A stretch of 64,000 nt of DNA from Lama glama. Taxonomy: Eukaryota. The stretch lies in the NCBI GenBank assembly GCA_028534125.1, contig CM052821.1, positions 41,540,001-41,604,000 on the forward strand, in the 5' to 3' direction. The notes below the pieces were generated by a model, which was not told the DNA's origin, did not search any database, and saw nothing but the letters and a program-made list of their open reading frames with translations. Below, in pieces: positions 26,424 to 38,763 of this stretch. The position numbers were made by a program, and so were the translations under genes. How positions within the stretch are numbered: position 1 is the first letter of the stretch; each line of letters opens with the position of its first letter.

Positions 26424-27074
26424 TTTATTTAGTCTAGATGAGAAATTTTGCTCTTTAAGAACAGGAAGGTTGCCGATTCCCAGAAGCTGGAAATCGGGCC
26501 AGAGACTATTTGTCCACTGGGGAAGTTAATCACGTCGAGTTTACTTATAAGGATAAGGCAAGGGAGGGGTGGTGGAAACCCCCACTTGGCCGATTTTCTA
26601 GTGCTGGAGCCCCCTCGACCTTGGAGTGTCCCCTCCTGAAGGAGAACTGGCGCCCGCGGTAGGAAGGGCACGTCGCATGGCGGCGGGGGCTGTTTCCCAG
26701 CGGGACAGCCCCGCCGTCCGGCCTCCCTGCAGGGTGAGGAAGTCACCTTTCCCAAATCCTAGTCACTAGTAGAAACCGCCGCCTCCTGTCACGAGGCAGA
26801 GGAATTAGAGGAGTAAAGCGGGAGGGAGCGGTCCCGGGACGTGGGAAGATGCCGGCCGGGCGGGAAGCCGCAGGAAGAGGCGGGATTCTGCCTTTTGTCT
26901 CTCGGTCCTTACCCGGAGCCCGGCGGCGACCAGCGCTCCCGCCAGACGTCCCCAGCGCTCCCAGCGGGTCCGGGAATCCGCCAGGCGCGCCGGGGCGGGG
27001 CGCGGCGGAGTGGGGGCGGGGCGCACAGGCCACGCCCACAGGGGCTTTAATAGGGGCGGGCGCGCAGGGCGCTG

Positions 27075-27151
27075 CGGCTCCCAGACTCCAGCTGCGCTTT
27101 CTCGAGTCCTCGCTAGCTCTGCCCGCGGTGCGTGGTCCTGCTTCGATCAGA
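27075..27151 (+). other. CSRP2: CSRP2 exon 1 (5'UTR, non-coding; start approximate)
   Basis: CCTCGCTAGCTCTGCCCGCGGT resembles the recalled CSRP2 5'UTR; ends at donor A|GTGAGT (GT 27152); begins about 25-30 nt after the TATA-like element. Confidence 0.8.
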
Positions 27152-30100
27152 GTGAGTAGCGGAGGTGGGGGCATCGTCGCCAACCCGGGGGTGAGGGGTT
27201 CCCTCAGCCTCCCGGGATTCTCAGGCAGCCTTGCCGGCGCCCCTTCTCATCTCCGACGTCCCCATCGCGGTCCCCATTTGGACCCCTAGCCATCCTCCTC
27301 ACCCCCGCGCCCCGATCCCCGCCAGGCGCCTCCACACACCTGCCCAGCTCCGCGTGGCCGCCCCAGCCCTGCTCTCAGATCTCGGGCACGCTGGGCAGAG
27401 AAATAACCTCCTTACCGGTTTCTTTGGGAGAGAGAGAGGTGGGGTCGAGAGTTTCGGGTGGCTGCTAATCCCCCTTTTAGTAGCCTTGGGCCCCCTCCTC
27501 CAGGGGCGCGTTCTCTCTTAGCCGAGGCGGTAGCGGGGGGCGGGATCCGAGTCTCGGGGTCTCTGGTGCCCCCCGCCGAGGGCGACCTTCCCAGGGAGCT
27601 GGTTCGTAGCCCTGCAGGTAAGGTGGGGGCTCCCACAGCCCGCCAAACGCAAAATCCTTCCCCTATTGCGGTGCGGAGCTCCTGGTACCCCTATTGTTTG
27701 GTGGTCTCTGCCCACCGAGCACCAAACCTTAAATATTGAAGAAACAGCAGTGAAACGTCATATTGAGCACTCCCAGCGTTTTCCGGAACTTTCTACCATT
27801 CAGGTACAAACCGGGAAAGCAAGAATGTTTGGTTGTAAATTCTGCAACAGGTCCTGAAAATCACATCCTCTGTTCCCAAGCTCCACGTAGGCAGCCCCCA
27901 GGGCGAGGGAGGGGGGTTTTCTGAGTCGGGAGACACCCACGTCCGCCCCACCCCCACCTTCCCCCCAGCCAGGACGTTTGTTGAACGGTATTTGTTTAAA
28001 TGGTTATCCAAGATGTTTAACTTGTTTTATTAGCAGTCTGCAGACCAAGCACATTTTCATTTTATAAACGCTTTTTATTTTAGGTAGTTTTTTAAACTCG
28101 GGCATTAAAAATGGTCTCAAGTTCTTTTTCTTTCTTTTTTTTTTTTAGTTCTTAACTTTTCTAATTAACCTGTTTTAAAGCTCTACTTTTAAAAAAATGC
28201 CAAGAATTCGAGTAGAGCAGCCACGAAATTGGCTATAATTTGACTTAAATTTTCAGGAAAGAGATGAGCAATAGATTCTAAAAGGGTGAATTTCACATAC
28301 TTTAAAAACTGCATACCAAACTAGAACCGATTTTATGATGTCCTCTGCGGTCTCCCCCTACTGTCTCCTTGCTCATTGCCCTCTCAAATTGATTGCCACC
28401 GATACTTTATCAATATTTCTCAAAGCTCTTTCTCCTCTGGATTCTAGTTTCCTTTGCTCTTTCAGAGTGAAGTTAGGTAGAGACAGCATCCCGTGCGGTC
28501 TCTGGAACTTAACAGTGCTTGGCTTAGGTTGGACCAGAGCCAATATGGGCTCAGTGAATGAAGGGATGAGTAAGGTTGCAATTGTAGAGCACACAGATTT
28601 AATTGGACTCAGGCATTAGATACATTAGCAGATTTGCTCCAAGGTTTCTATTGAGTTTTTTAACGGATTCCTCCAAGCGTATTCACAAATATTGATAGTA
28701 CTATATGCTAAATACTGGGCTGAAAGCAGTAGTCACTGGAGGTTTGTCCTGATGAGATTGCCAAATCACTTGGATTTTGAGGAAGTTGTATTTTATACTA
28801 AAACAGTAAGAACCATGGCATAGAGTAGAGGGGGCAGTAATAAATGAGGAGCTCTAGAAGCCTGGGTCCAGCTTCAATGCCGCCACAAAATGTGGTGATC
28901 TGGGCCTCTAATTTTTCTTCTCTGTCAAAAATTAGGTCAGTCAGATGAGCGGGGGAGAGCAAGCCCACTGTGGGAGAGGAGGCATAGCATGGTGAGGAGG
29001 ACAGGACTGGCCAGTTGAGGCCAAATCCACATCCCAGTTTCAGCACCCACTCATTTGGATGACCTTAGGCAAGCTCTTTTCCTCTCTGGCCTCGATTACT
29101 TCACCTTGTAAAATGGATGTAACAGCACATACCTTGCAGGGGTTCTTGGAAGGCATGCTGTTCCTTGCAGGAAGCCCAGCGCAGCTTGAGGAGAGGTTCT
29201 TTGTAATGAGACTCCGTTCTGCACTTGGTTGAACATAGGGAGAAATGGCTATTAATGAAAGGCTCCTCCAGGAGGGGAGCGCTGACTCAGACTGAACAGT
29301 ATTGCCCACTTTCCCCCCTTTGCAGAAGAAGTTCACAGGTTTCCTCAATTGTATCATTTCTGGGACTGGTATTTGCATGGCATCCCCTGTCTTCTATTGG
29401 ATGGAGGAGATTCCTACACTTGGATTACCTAGGATGGTGATCCCTAACTTTTTTGTGTCGTGGAACTTTCTGGCAGTCTGGCAAAGCTGTTTTTAAGTGC
29501 ATAAAAAAGTACAGGGTACCCAGTTTACCAATGCCCAGAATTTCAAGGAATCTGTGGACCCCGGGTTAAGACTCCTGACTTAGGGGAGTCTTCTCAAACT
29601 GGATGGTGGAGGAGCCAGGCACAAGTTCTGATTGTTGAAAAGAAAACTTAAATTTTAGCATAAGTCTTAGAGGAAGAACCGAAAGATGTATAAAATATAC
29701 TGTAACTCATTTGCGAAGGACATCAGTTTCCTTGCTGTTCTGTTCACCATCTCATTATGCCAACAGTACCTTGACCGAGAAGGAGAGGACACACCGTGTG
29801 GTACATTAGGGCCTTACGACTTCCCAGTTCACCATGGGAAAGAAGGTTTCGTGGTGGCACCTCTTCCAAAAGAGAAAAGTTGGAGAGAGGATCAAAATAC
29901 CTAATTTAAGAACTGCTGGAGCAGTTAGTCACTACTACGTCTATGCTGCTAGCAGTGGTTTAGTTTTAGTGAAACATCAGTCAAATAAACTCAGTACAGT
30001 CCATTTGAATTTTCATTGGTATTTTTAAGTGGAATTGGTAATTTTGTTTCCATTTCACAGTTATGAGCCACTTAATGTATCTGTACCACAGCTTTCTCAC

Positions 30101-31049
30101 CCATACAGTGAGGATAATGGTTAATGCCTACCTCAGTTGTTACAAGGATTAGGTAAGTTAATATAAGTAAACTACTTAACATAAGCATAGTCAGCTTTAT
30201 ATATGTATTTCTAGTTATTGTTACTTACCGTGTGGCGGGCAGTATTCTAAGTGCTTTACGTATATTGTTCAGTCTCAAAACTGCCTTACGATATAAAACC
30301 TTTTTAAAAAGAGAAAACGAGCAGATCAAGTTGCCAGCCTAAGACCATTTGGCAAATAAACAGGTGTCTTAGCATAGAAATCTCAGTCTGACTCCATGGA
30401 AAAATCACACAAGCATTAGATCGTTTGAATAATTAAATATCTTGTAGTTTGCACAGACTGGATTGCCGTGGCAGATGCTGGAGGCCAGGGTGACCGAGTT
30501 GCTGGCGCAGTTGCGTTCCAGTTACAGTGTGTGATTTGGCAGGTAGTCTCCAAAGCTCTGTCAAGGATTCTGCTGACCTCCAAGTTGAAGACAAGAGTGG
30601 TAACAGATACAGAACTTGTAACAAACGGTGAGGCTGATCTGAGTACAACAGAGCTTACAAGACAGAAGGGAGGTGGCCCTCGGTAAGAGGATAGATTTTG
30701 GTCAGCAGAGAGGGCTGGCAGAGTGCTTTTTTGTTGAAAGTAGCAATCGGGGTGTGAGATGAGCGAATAGAGGACACTTGCCGACTGCTAGTTGGATGGA
30801 TGGAGAGTGGGCAGAGAGGAAGGCGTTCCTGTGTGTAAGTGACTTGATATTCTCAAGGACTGATGACTCTCAGGTGGTTTGAATGTCCCCAACCCTTAAC
30901 TTTGGGGGACCGCTTGTGGTCCTGGAGTTAACCATGAATGGCTGAGCCTAGATTTGCATCTTGGGAGGTCAGTGACCTGAGCAAGTCGCTTAATTTAACA
31001 CTGCCTGTTTGGTAACCATATTCAGAACCACCGGGGCTCTTGCAGGAAA

Positions 31050-31280
31050 AGGAAGCCAACGTTTGTGGAGGCCAGGCTCTCTGCCAGGTACTTTACGAAT
31101 GTTATCTCATTAAATCCTTAGAACCATCCACTGAGAGAGTTCTCGTCATCCATCTCCAAGTTACAGCTGAAGAAGCTGAGGCTCAAAGATTAAGGAGCTT
31201 GGCCGAGATCACAGAGCTGATAACTGACTTTCAGACTGATGTCTGTCTAATTCTAAGCTCCACACTCTTTCTTTGTTCCC
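31050..31280 (-). mobile_element. MIR SINE in CSRP2 intron 1 (further MIR remnants at ~29030-29150, 30060-30400, 31880-32000)
   Basis: ttacagctgaagaagctgaggctca…ggccgagatcacagagct core. Confidence 0.6.
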
Positions 31281-34200
31281 AGGACTGTCTTAGAGGCAGC
31301 ATGTGCACTGCACTTTCTATGAAGGACGTTATTAATCACAATAATGTTTAAAGCAGAACCTTGACTGAACTCTGGAATCTTTTCCAACATAGTTCCAGGA
31401 ACCCACTGTGGGTCAGTCAACAAGATGAAGCTGTTTTGACATCCCTATATAAATAGACCATACAGACTCCCTAAAGCCCTTTCTACGTGCTTCTGTGGTA
31501 TGGGCTGTATTATATCGCCATTGTTTGTTGACCTATTTCTACCACCAAAGTAGAACTCCCGGAGAAACGGGCAGCCTTCTTTTACCCTTTTATCCTTACC
31601 TCCTCACCCAAGATGTGGCTTATAAAATGTTGAATTAATATATTTATAGGAGAGCTTCATAAACAGTCCAGTGTTACACAGTGTTTACTAGCTGCTCCTA
31701 CCCTGGGGAGAATTACTCGAAATTGAGAAATGAAGCCAGGAGTTTAGCTGGGGAAGGAAGGAGGGAGGTAAGTCAGTTTTCCTGATGTGGAGGGATGAGG
31801 GCGGGATGGAGGGATGGATGGACTCTGAGACGGGCAGGAGAAGGTGAGTGTTGAAAACAAAGACTGAACATTGCTAAATATTGCTGATAAAGTCTACTGA
31901 TAATTGAGTGCCGACTGTAAGCATTTTTCTCATCTCATTCTCTTCACAACTCTGTAAGAAAGGTACCGTTATCCTCATTTTACGTCTGAAAAGTGAGACT
32001 GTATTGACTCCAAAATCCATGTTTCCCCTGAGGCTGAGCTGTCTTAAAGGCCAGCTTAAAGACTTGGCTTTGGTAGAAGGAGCCAAACAGGACATGGAGC
32101 CCATCACTGAGACACGGAGAGTCTGTCCTTGCTCAGCAGTGCTCACTCAGAAAACGGAAGTAGACTAAGCAGATAGTTTGGGTTGCAGAAGAAAAAAAGG
32201 TTTAGGATGGGCACTGGGTAAAGATTAACTTCCAGTTAATTACAGCTCTCAGACTCGGGCCTCTTTACAAGTCATTGTAATTGGGGACAATGCTATTCAC
32301 TTACATTTTCTCGTAACAAGTGACTCCCCCTCTGGATGTGGCTCAAGATGAAACTGGTTTATAGTAGATTCTTCTTTTGGGAAATTAGATTATAGCCAGG
32401 TTCCAGTATCATAACAAAGCCCTGTGTGTAGTCATGAAATGTCAAAGCTTCTGGAAGCATTTAGAATCTGGGTTTATAGATGAATTCACTCCAAACCTCT
32501 GGTATCAGAGCGATTAACTTTAATGGCAAGTGGCGACACGTAGACTTGAAATTCATGGATTTGAGTCACTCAGATGCTAAGCGAAGGCAGTACACGCAGC
32601 ACCGGTGGCGAGAATGATCCCTGTGGTCGTTTTGTGTTCTCGTCGGTTGTCCAGAGAACGAGCTAACTTTACCACAAGGTGACTCAGATTTAGACTATAG
32701 TCATTTTCTTCCAGGGCTAAGTCTTAGGAATGCCGGGTGGTGTCTCAGACTAGGGAGAAGCAGCAAAAAGAAACTGCACATAGGTGTGGAGATGTCAACC
32801 AAGCTTTTTAATCTAACACAGTGAGTGGACAAATCCTAGTGGTGGAGCTCTTTCAGGCATTGAAAACCAAAGAACGAGACGAAGCTGGACAAGCCCGGAG
32901 TTGGCCTCTTTTAAGAGGTGTGTGTAACGTGGGATTTTATTTCTCCTCTTGCTATTCTGTAAATTAACACATAGAGTCGGGGAAGGCATGCAGCCCAGAT
33001 TGCTCTGTGCACATCCAGTCTGCTTTGATTAGTGTCAGCTGTTGTGGAGTAGAGCCGCCAAGGGCTTGTAGGAAACATGAAGCCTTGGTTTTGGGTTTAT
33101 ATATATATGCATATATATATGCACACACACGCATAGCAATGCCAAGAGTGACAGAAATGGAAGATGGTCCCATTCCCCCTGCCAAATCCAGCAAACATCC
33201 ACAGGGGGTCACCCTGAAAGTGTAGATTTGAACTTCATGTCTTAGTCACCACAAGTGGAACTGTCGTCGTGCTTGCAGCGAGCTGTGATGTCCCAGGAAA
33301 AGGTTTATGAGCGACTGATGAGCCCTTTTTTCTCTATTCTGTTTGTTGCTCTGAGCTGGTCTGGGGTACTGACAGCCGGCCGGACAGTCCGAGATGCCCC
33401 CTCCATCTTCAAGCTACCGGTACCTGGGTGTCTGCCAAGGCGTTTGTTTACCTTGTCTTACCTTCACAATGTCTCTGTGAGGTGGAGAGAGCTACCTTTC
33501 TCCCGTTTTTTTTTTTTTTTCCAGATAAGCAAAGCCCAGGGCTGTACAACTGTTATCACAGTGGTTAACGCAGATCTATCTAAACCAGTCTCCCTTCCTT
33601 CCTCTCCCCCTCCCTTCCGTCCCTTCCATCATGAAATATTTCAGACATACAAAATAGAGCATCATGTATGGAACATCCAATTACCCACTGTCCAGCTTAA
33701 AAAAATTCAACATAAATCCACTGAAGCTTTCTGAGGATGCTCTGTTACCCCACCAGCCTGGGCCACCGAAGGGGTTATTCAGAAATCCTTAGGAAAGCCT
33801 GTAAGCTGAGTGGAACTTGTGAAAAGTTTAATGACTTGGAAATTTTACTGAGACTCCAAGAATATGACAGAGTGTAAGGCGGTGCTACCTTTGTCTTCAT
33901 AAGCATAAGATTGAACTGGGAATTTTCATAGCTGGAAAAGGAAGGATTCTTTAAAACAAAAGACAATATTTTGACAGATGCCAAGTACTCTGGTGGATGG
34001 TGTGGGGGAAGACAGAGCTGTGGTCCCCACCCTCGGGGGGAAGAAGCTTTTAACATAGTGAGCTGAATGTTGTCGAACTTGGATACGTATTTCCCAAGAA
34101 GATGACATGATCCACGTTTGGCTGGTGTGGCCTGTACAATAGGAGTTAGACTTGACGTAAAAGAAGTGAATTTAAGTAACCCTATTTTACATAAAGAAAG

Positions 34201-34491
34201 GGAAGATAGCCTTCCTTTTTTTAAAAGTCCAAGCTGCTCTACAATAGAGAGTGAAGTGATGAGTTAGCTTTTTTTTAAAATGTATTTTTAAATGTTATTC
34301 AAAGACAAGCCAGGATAGCGTTAGTCTTGTTAGAAATCTGGCTCCTTATTGGTGATTGCTTCCAAGTAAATATGTGAAAATGTAAGGTACCAGGTTCGGG
34401 ATATGATGACACTTTCTGATGGGAAATGCCTTCAGTTCTGGATGGTCTTAATGGTATAGAATGGGCAGTGCGATGGGAATTTTCTCTGCCC

Positions 34492-34501
34492 CCTTTTAAG
34501 G
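34492..34501. promoter_or_regulatory. Consensus CArG box CCTTTTAAGG (intron 1)
   Basis: Exact CC(A/T)6GG; function not shown. Confidence 0.45.
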
Positions 34502-35672
34502 ACTGAAGGCTCTTCAGTCTTTTGCTTGGCAGCCATCCTTGTCCCTTCTTTTTCTAGCCAGGTTTGAGTAAGTAAGGAGGTCTCACCCTTCTCAAACAGC
34601 TGTTTCCTGGAGAGGCAAGCAGCTCACGGGAGGAGGCATCACAGACAAAGGCTGCGAACACCACTTACTGCAGGGAAGTCTGAACGTGACGGTGGGGACG
34701 AAAGGAATTCTTTCACTGTTTCCAGATACCACTCAGGGCAGGGCAGACATAACACAACGTCTTCGCAGGACAACTTGCTGTACCGGCAAAGGCCTGTGAG
34801 CTCGTCAGCCATTCACAATGAGGCATTTTAAACTGGTTCAGATAGACGGATCCCTTGAGGTTAGAACCTGCTGGCCCCATGTCATAGCAAGATGGCTCAC
34901 GATGTAAACCTCCAGCTCCACCACCTCATCGGGCCACGTTGCTCAGGGGTTATTCAGACACACTTAACAAACAGTTCGCTTTGCCAGGAAGGGAACTTGG
35001 TAGCATATTCGTGTGGACCAACGGGCCTACCAAAGAGGGAACACCAACTGTTGGTGGGGCTGGAGGACTCTGGGATTAGGGAAGCACGGAAACTGACATG
35101 GTAGACATCTGGGTGGGTGTCTGTTGTGGTTACAGCAAGGCTCCATGCATGCGGCTGTTCTAGCCAGGGAACCAACTATTTCCGCGATCCCCTGGCATAA
35201 CTCTCAGACAAAACTAAAACTTAATCTCGCTGGGCAATCCAACACGTTCCTCCTCCCTAGAAAGTGTGTCCTAGCTGTGTATGTTAAATGATAAGAATTT
35301 GCTGGTGTTACGATGAATTAAGTATGTGATCGAAACCTCCACCCAAGTGTAAGTTCTTCGCTGAGTGTGAGGGGCAGCGTTTGCCTCTCCAGCCCCCACA
35401 CTTCCTTCTTAACTCCCGTGGATTCGAGCAGCACAGTTGTTTTGTGCCTGGCGACCTGCATGGTTCTAGTGTGCGCGACCAGCCGGTTTCCTAAGGAAAG
35501 AGCTGTGATCTGGGAGGTGAGAGCAGGTTCTTTGAAGGCATGCGGGCCATTTGGAGATGCAGCAGGAGGGCAGGTTAAAAAGAATCCAGCGCCTTCTTTA
35601 AACAGCTCTCCAGGACCTTGGGAGGCATTCCTCAGCTGGACTCACGTTCTCATGCTCCTCTCTTCCCTCAGG

Positions 35673-35784
35673 ATGCCCGTCTGGGGAGGTGGAAACAAGT
35701 GCGGGGCCTGCGGGAGGACCGTGTACCACGCGGAGGAGGTGCAGTGTGACGGCCGCAGCTTCCACCGCTGCTGCTTCCTGTGCA
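35673..35784 (+). CDS. CSRP2: CSRP2 coding exon (exon 2): [40 protein letters not shown]1 N-part
   Basis: Acceptor ccctcAG|G then ATG at 35673; donor A|GTAAGT; 112 coding nt; LIM C-x2-C...H-x2-C pattern. Confidence 0.97.
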
Positions 35785-36284
35785 GTAAGTGGCCCTGGGG
35801 CTGGACCCCCGGCAGAACTTGTGTGTCAGAAGCCCCAGCTGACCTCCTTCAGGAAGAACCTGTGGTTTTGTTAACAAACACGGTTTCAGCAGCACACGTG
35901 CTTTCTGGCTGCTGTCCTCCTGGGCACTGCACGTGCTCTGGCCAAGAGCAAGGACCGCAGGGGTGACCCCAGCTCGCAGCCTCCATTCGGACTTCCCTGT
36001 GTTTGTTGTCGTGTCTGTGTTCCTCCACTCCCCCAAGGGCTCAGAGTTGTGTTCGGCCTGGCACATCCTAGGGGCTCGGCTCTGATTTCCGGATGAACGG
36101 ACTGCCCCGCTCCCAGCCCAGCTCTCTCTTGCTGTCCCGGCTCCTTCCCTTTGAAACCTCCTTGCAGGTTGCATGCTGCACGGTCAGTTGAAATTCAGAT
36201 GTCTCGAAGTTCCAACCCGGTCTTCACTGGTAGTGAACATTCAGAGTTATTTCTTGTTGTCTATATCCTTAATTTGAGGGAAAG

Positions 36285-36424
36285 GAACTTAGGATGTGAA
36301 CACCCCATAGCGGCGGTTTGGGAATTCCTGGTGTTTATAGATGGAGAATTACCAGAACTTAGGATGTGAACACCCCATAGCGGCGGTTTGGGAATTCCTG
36401 GTGTTTATAGATGGAGAATTACCA
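36285..36424. repeat. Perfect tandem duplication, 2 x 70 bp
   Basis: 36285-36354 is identical to 36355-36424. Confidence 0.95.
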
Positions 36425-37365
36425 GAGTGTCTCACAGGCAGGAAGCAGGCCACCAAACAGCACATGCTGGTCTGCTCTGCTCGAAGGATGCTCAGTACCT
36501 GCTGAGGAGACAAAAGGAACAGGAGAGAGGCCCCCCTCTCGCCTCTCCCTGCAGATTCGCTCTCAGGACGACTCAGCTGTCAGTCTTAAAACAGGAAGAG
36601 CAGCCACTTTAGTTAATCATCTTGTGATCCAAATGACAAAACTTTTCTTCAAGGATTTATGTGAGGCCCCCACCCATCTGCCTCTAGAGTAGTGTACAGT
36701 GAAAATGACTGTTAGAAACTGCATAGCTTAAAAATAAATTTGGTTACGCTAAAGAATAATCTTCAGAAAACACTTGCCTCTCAAATTTTCGTTGTCCGTC
36801 TCCCTCTGAGCACCAGCATTCAAGGCGTCTGGACCTTTTTATAGTTTAACTGCTCTGCACATGACCAGAAACAGACAACAAAGAATAAAAACACAACATG
36901 AATGTTTGCTCTGTGCGCCCGCATAACAGCTAGCATTTCTCAGATTTCATTTAACTATTTCTTCTCTTAGAAATTCTTTTTTTTTTTTTTTTTTTTTAGG
37001 GAATCTCTTTTTCAGCAGCTTTGTAACCAAGAGAATATGTGAACAAAGAGGAAAAGCAAATACTGGAGAAACTGTGCTTAGTTTCCTCTAGGTTAAGCCA
37101 TGATGTCTTCACCATAATAAAGTCAGTGTTTATTAAATGTCAGGTTCTTTACTGGTCATTTTTATTACTCCTTCCTAATTATTTGTCTCTGCTGACCAAC
37201 GCCTTTTAAGGAAATAACTTGGAGTAATTTGCAGACGTAGGAGAATTTTACTGCAGAGAAAAGGGACAAGGCCTGGGAGGAGGGCAGTCGTTCTGCAGTA
37301 AAATTTTCATATCCTTAAACTTCCTTTGGCTAATAGACATGAGTTTAAAAACAAACAGTATTTTT

Positions 37366-37450
37366 GGGGGGAGGTTATAGCTCAGTGGTAGAGCGCATGT
37401 TTAACATGCACGAGGTCCTGGGTTCAATCCCTAGTACCTCCATTAAAAAA
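37366..37450 (+). mobile_element. Short tRNA-Ala-derived SINE (Vic-1-like)
   Basis: TAGCTCAGTGGTAGAGCG…GGTTCAATCC…A-tail; similar to the 22725 copy. Confidence 0.8.
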
Positions 37451-38594
37451 TTTTTTTTCAAATAAAAAGTTTTTATATATTATTGTCTATTAAGGATGTT
37501 TGTTCTAGAGCAGTGTAAAATTTTAGGTTAACTGTGTCTTTAAGAAAATGTATTTCAGCTACTTGAACCTCAACAGCAAGGTTCAAAAGTAGATGACGTC
37601 ATTCTGTCCTACCAGCGGGGACGTCAGTCTGAGATAAAACTTCATCATCTAACTCTAAAGCAGCCACGAGTCACCTCTGCCCTTCTCCCCCCACCACCCC
37701 CCAGCCCTTCTCCCCCTCTTCCTCTTTTCATTTCTCCCACTCTTTTAAATAAGGGAGGGAGGATCTCCTTTTCTGCCATCTTGATCTTGGATTTCCTGCT
37801 GCCCGATTGTGCTACCAGCGAGCTCTCTCCCAGGGCTTTCTTTCTCAAGCTTAATTGAAGTTTCAGAAAGTGAAATAATGTCTGGATAAAACATGATGAC
37901 ATTTGGCAGTTTTATGAAGTGGGATACGTGGAAATGCCTTGTGGTAAGAAATCCATCAAGAAAGAATGTGTTCCCCTTTGGGATAGATGAGAAAACAAAT
38001 GCAGACTTTAAACCACTTGATGATTTTCATACATACTTGGTCCTGCTGGAGAAGCCGGTGGCGAGATGAAAGAATACTGCTTTTTCTCTTTGAGACTAGT
38101 GATGAAAACTTGAAATTCTGGATTTAAAACCGTTTTTATCCCAGGGGGTGCTTTGTGGGGAAGAGAGGCCGCAGACACAGCTCTCCCAAGGGGCTCCTGC
38201 CCTTCTGTTGTTGAACAATACTTGGATGAAACAGCGGAGTGTTGAGGGTTGGGAGCAAGGGTCTGGGTGCAAAGTGTAGGTTTTGTTCCTTTTGTTCCGT
38301 AATTATAGCCATCTCTGAAACTTCTCTCCCTCCGGCCAGAGAGGCAGGTCATACTAAAAACTTTGAGGCTTCAGGATGCTAAAATTCGGATGTATTTCTG
38401 GAACAACCAGAGGAAGTTAGAGGAAGGCAAATTTTCCTCAAAGGTAGCTGAGCCACCCAGATGCTGTCCTGGGGCTTTTGAGAACCACAGAATGAACCGG
38501 GAATATGATAGAGCCTGTGCCAGGGCCACCATTGTTGTAAGGAGAAAGGTGTATTGGGCACCTGTTTACAAAGTCTCTCTTTCCCACCCCTCAG

Positions 38595-38763
38595 TGGTTT
38601 GCAGGAAAAATTTAGACAGCACAACGGTGGCAATCCACGATGAAGAGGTCTACTGCAAGTCCTGCTATGGGAAGAAGTACGGGCCGAAGGGCTATGGGTA
38701 CGGCCAGGGCGCCGGCACGCTCAGCATGGACCGTGGCGAGCGGCTGGGCATCAAGCCCGAGAG
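38595..38763 (+). CDS. CSRP2: CSRP2 exon 3: (M)[55 protein letters not shown]
   Basis: AG at 38593-94, GTGAGT at 38764; 169 nt in phase with exon 2; end of LIM1 plus the Gly-rich repeat. Confidence 0.97.

Larger units (their letters stand above)
26250..27950. promoter_or_regulatory. CSRP2: CpG island / CSRP2 promoter
   Basis: Abrupt rise in GC and CpG density; several GGGGCGGG (Sp/KLF) boxes at about 26990-27061; TATA-like TTTAATA at 27046-27052 just upstream of exon 1. Confidence 0.9.

Noticed and set aside
26429-27739. Overlapping Pro/Arg/Gly-rich ORFs on both strands
   Set aside because: Expected from stop-codon scarcity in a CpG island.
35367-35966. 199-aa ORF as an N-extended CSRP2
   Set aside because: Only 35673-35784 is exonic; the rest is intron read-through across clear splice sites.
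36263-37316. Two ATATCCTT U12-donor-like motifs in CSRP2 intron 2 (36263, 37309)
   Set aside because: No exon ends at either; all CSRP2 introns are explained by GT-AG; likely chance.
37366-37443. Apparent tRNA gene (Ala-like body, AAC in the anticodon position)
   Set aside because: Mismatched anticodon stem, extended G-rich 5' end, A-tail, and similarity to the TSD-flanked copy at 22725 make it a SINE.
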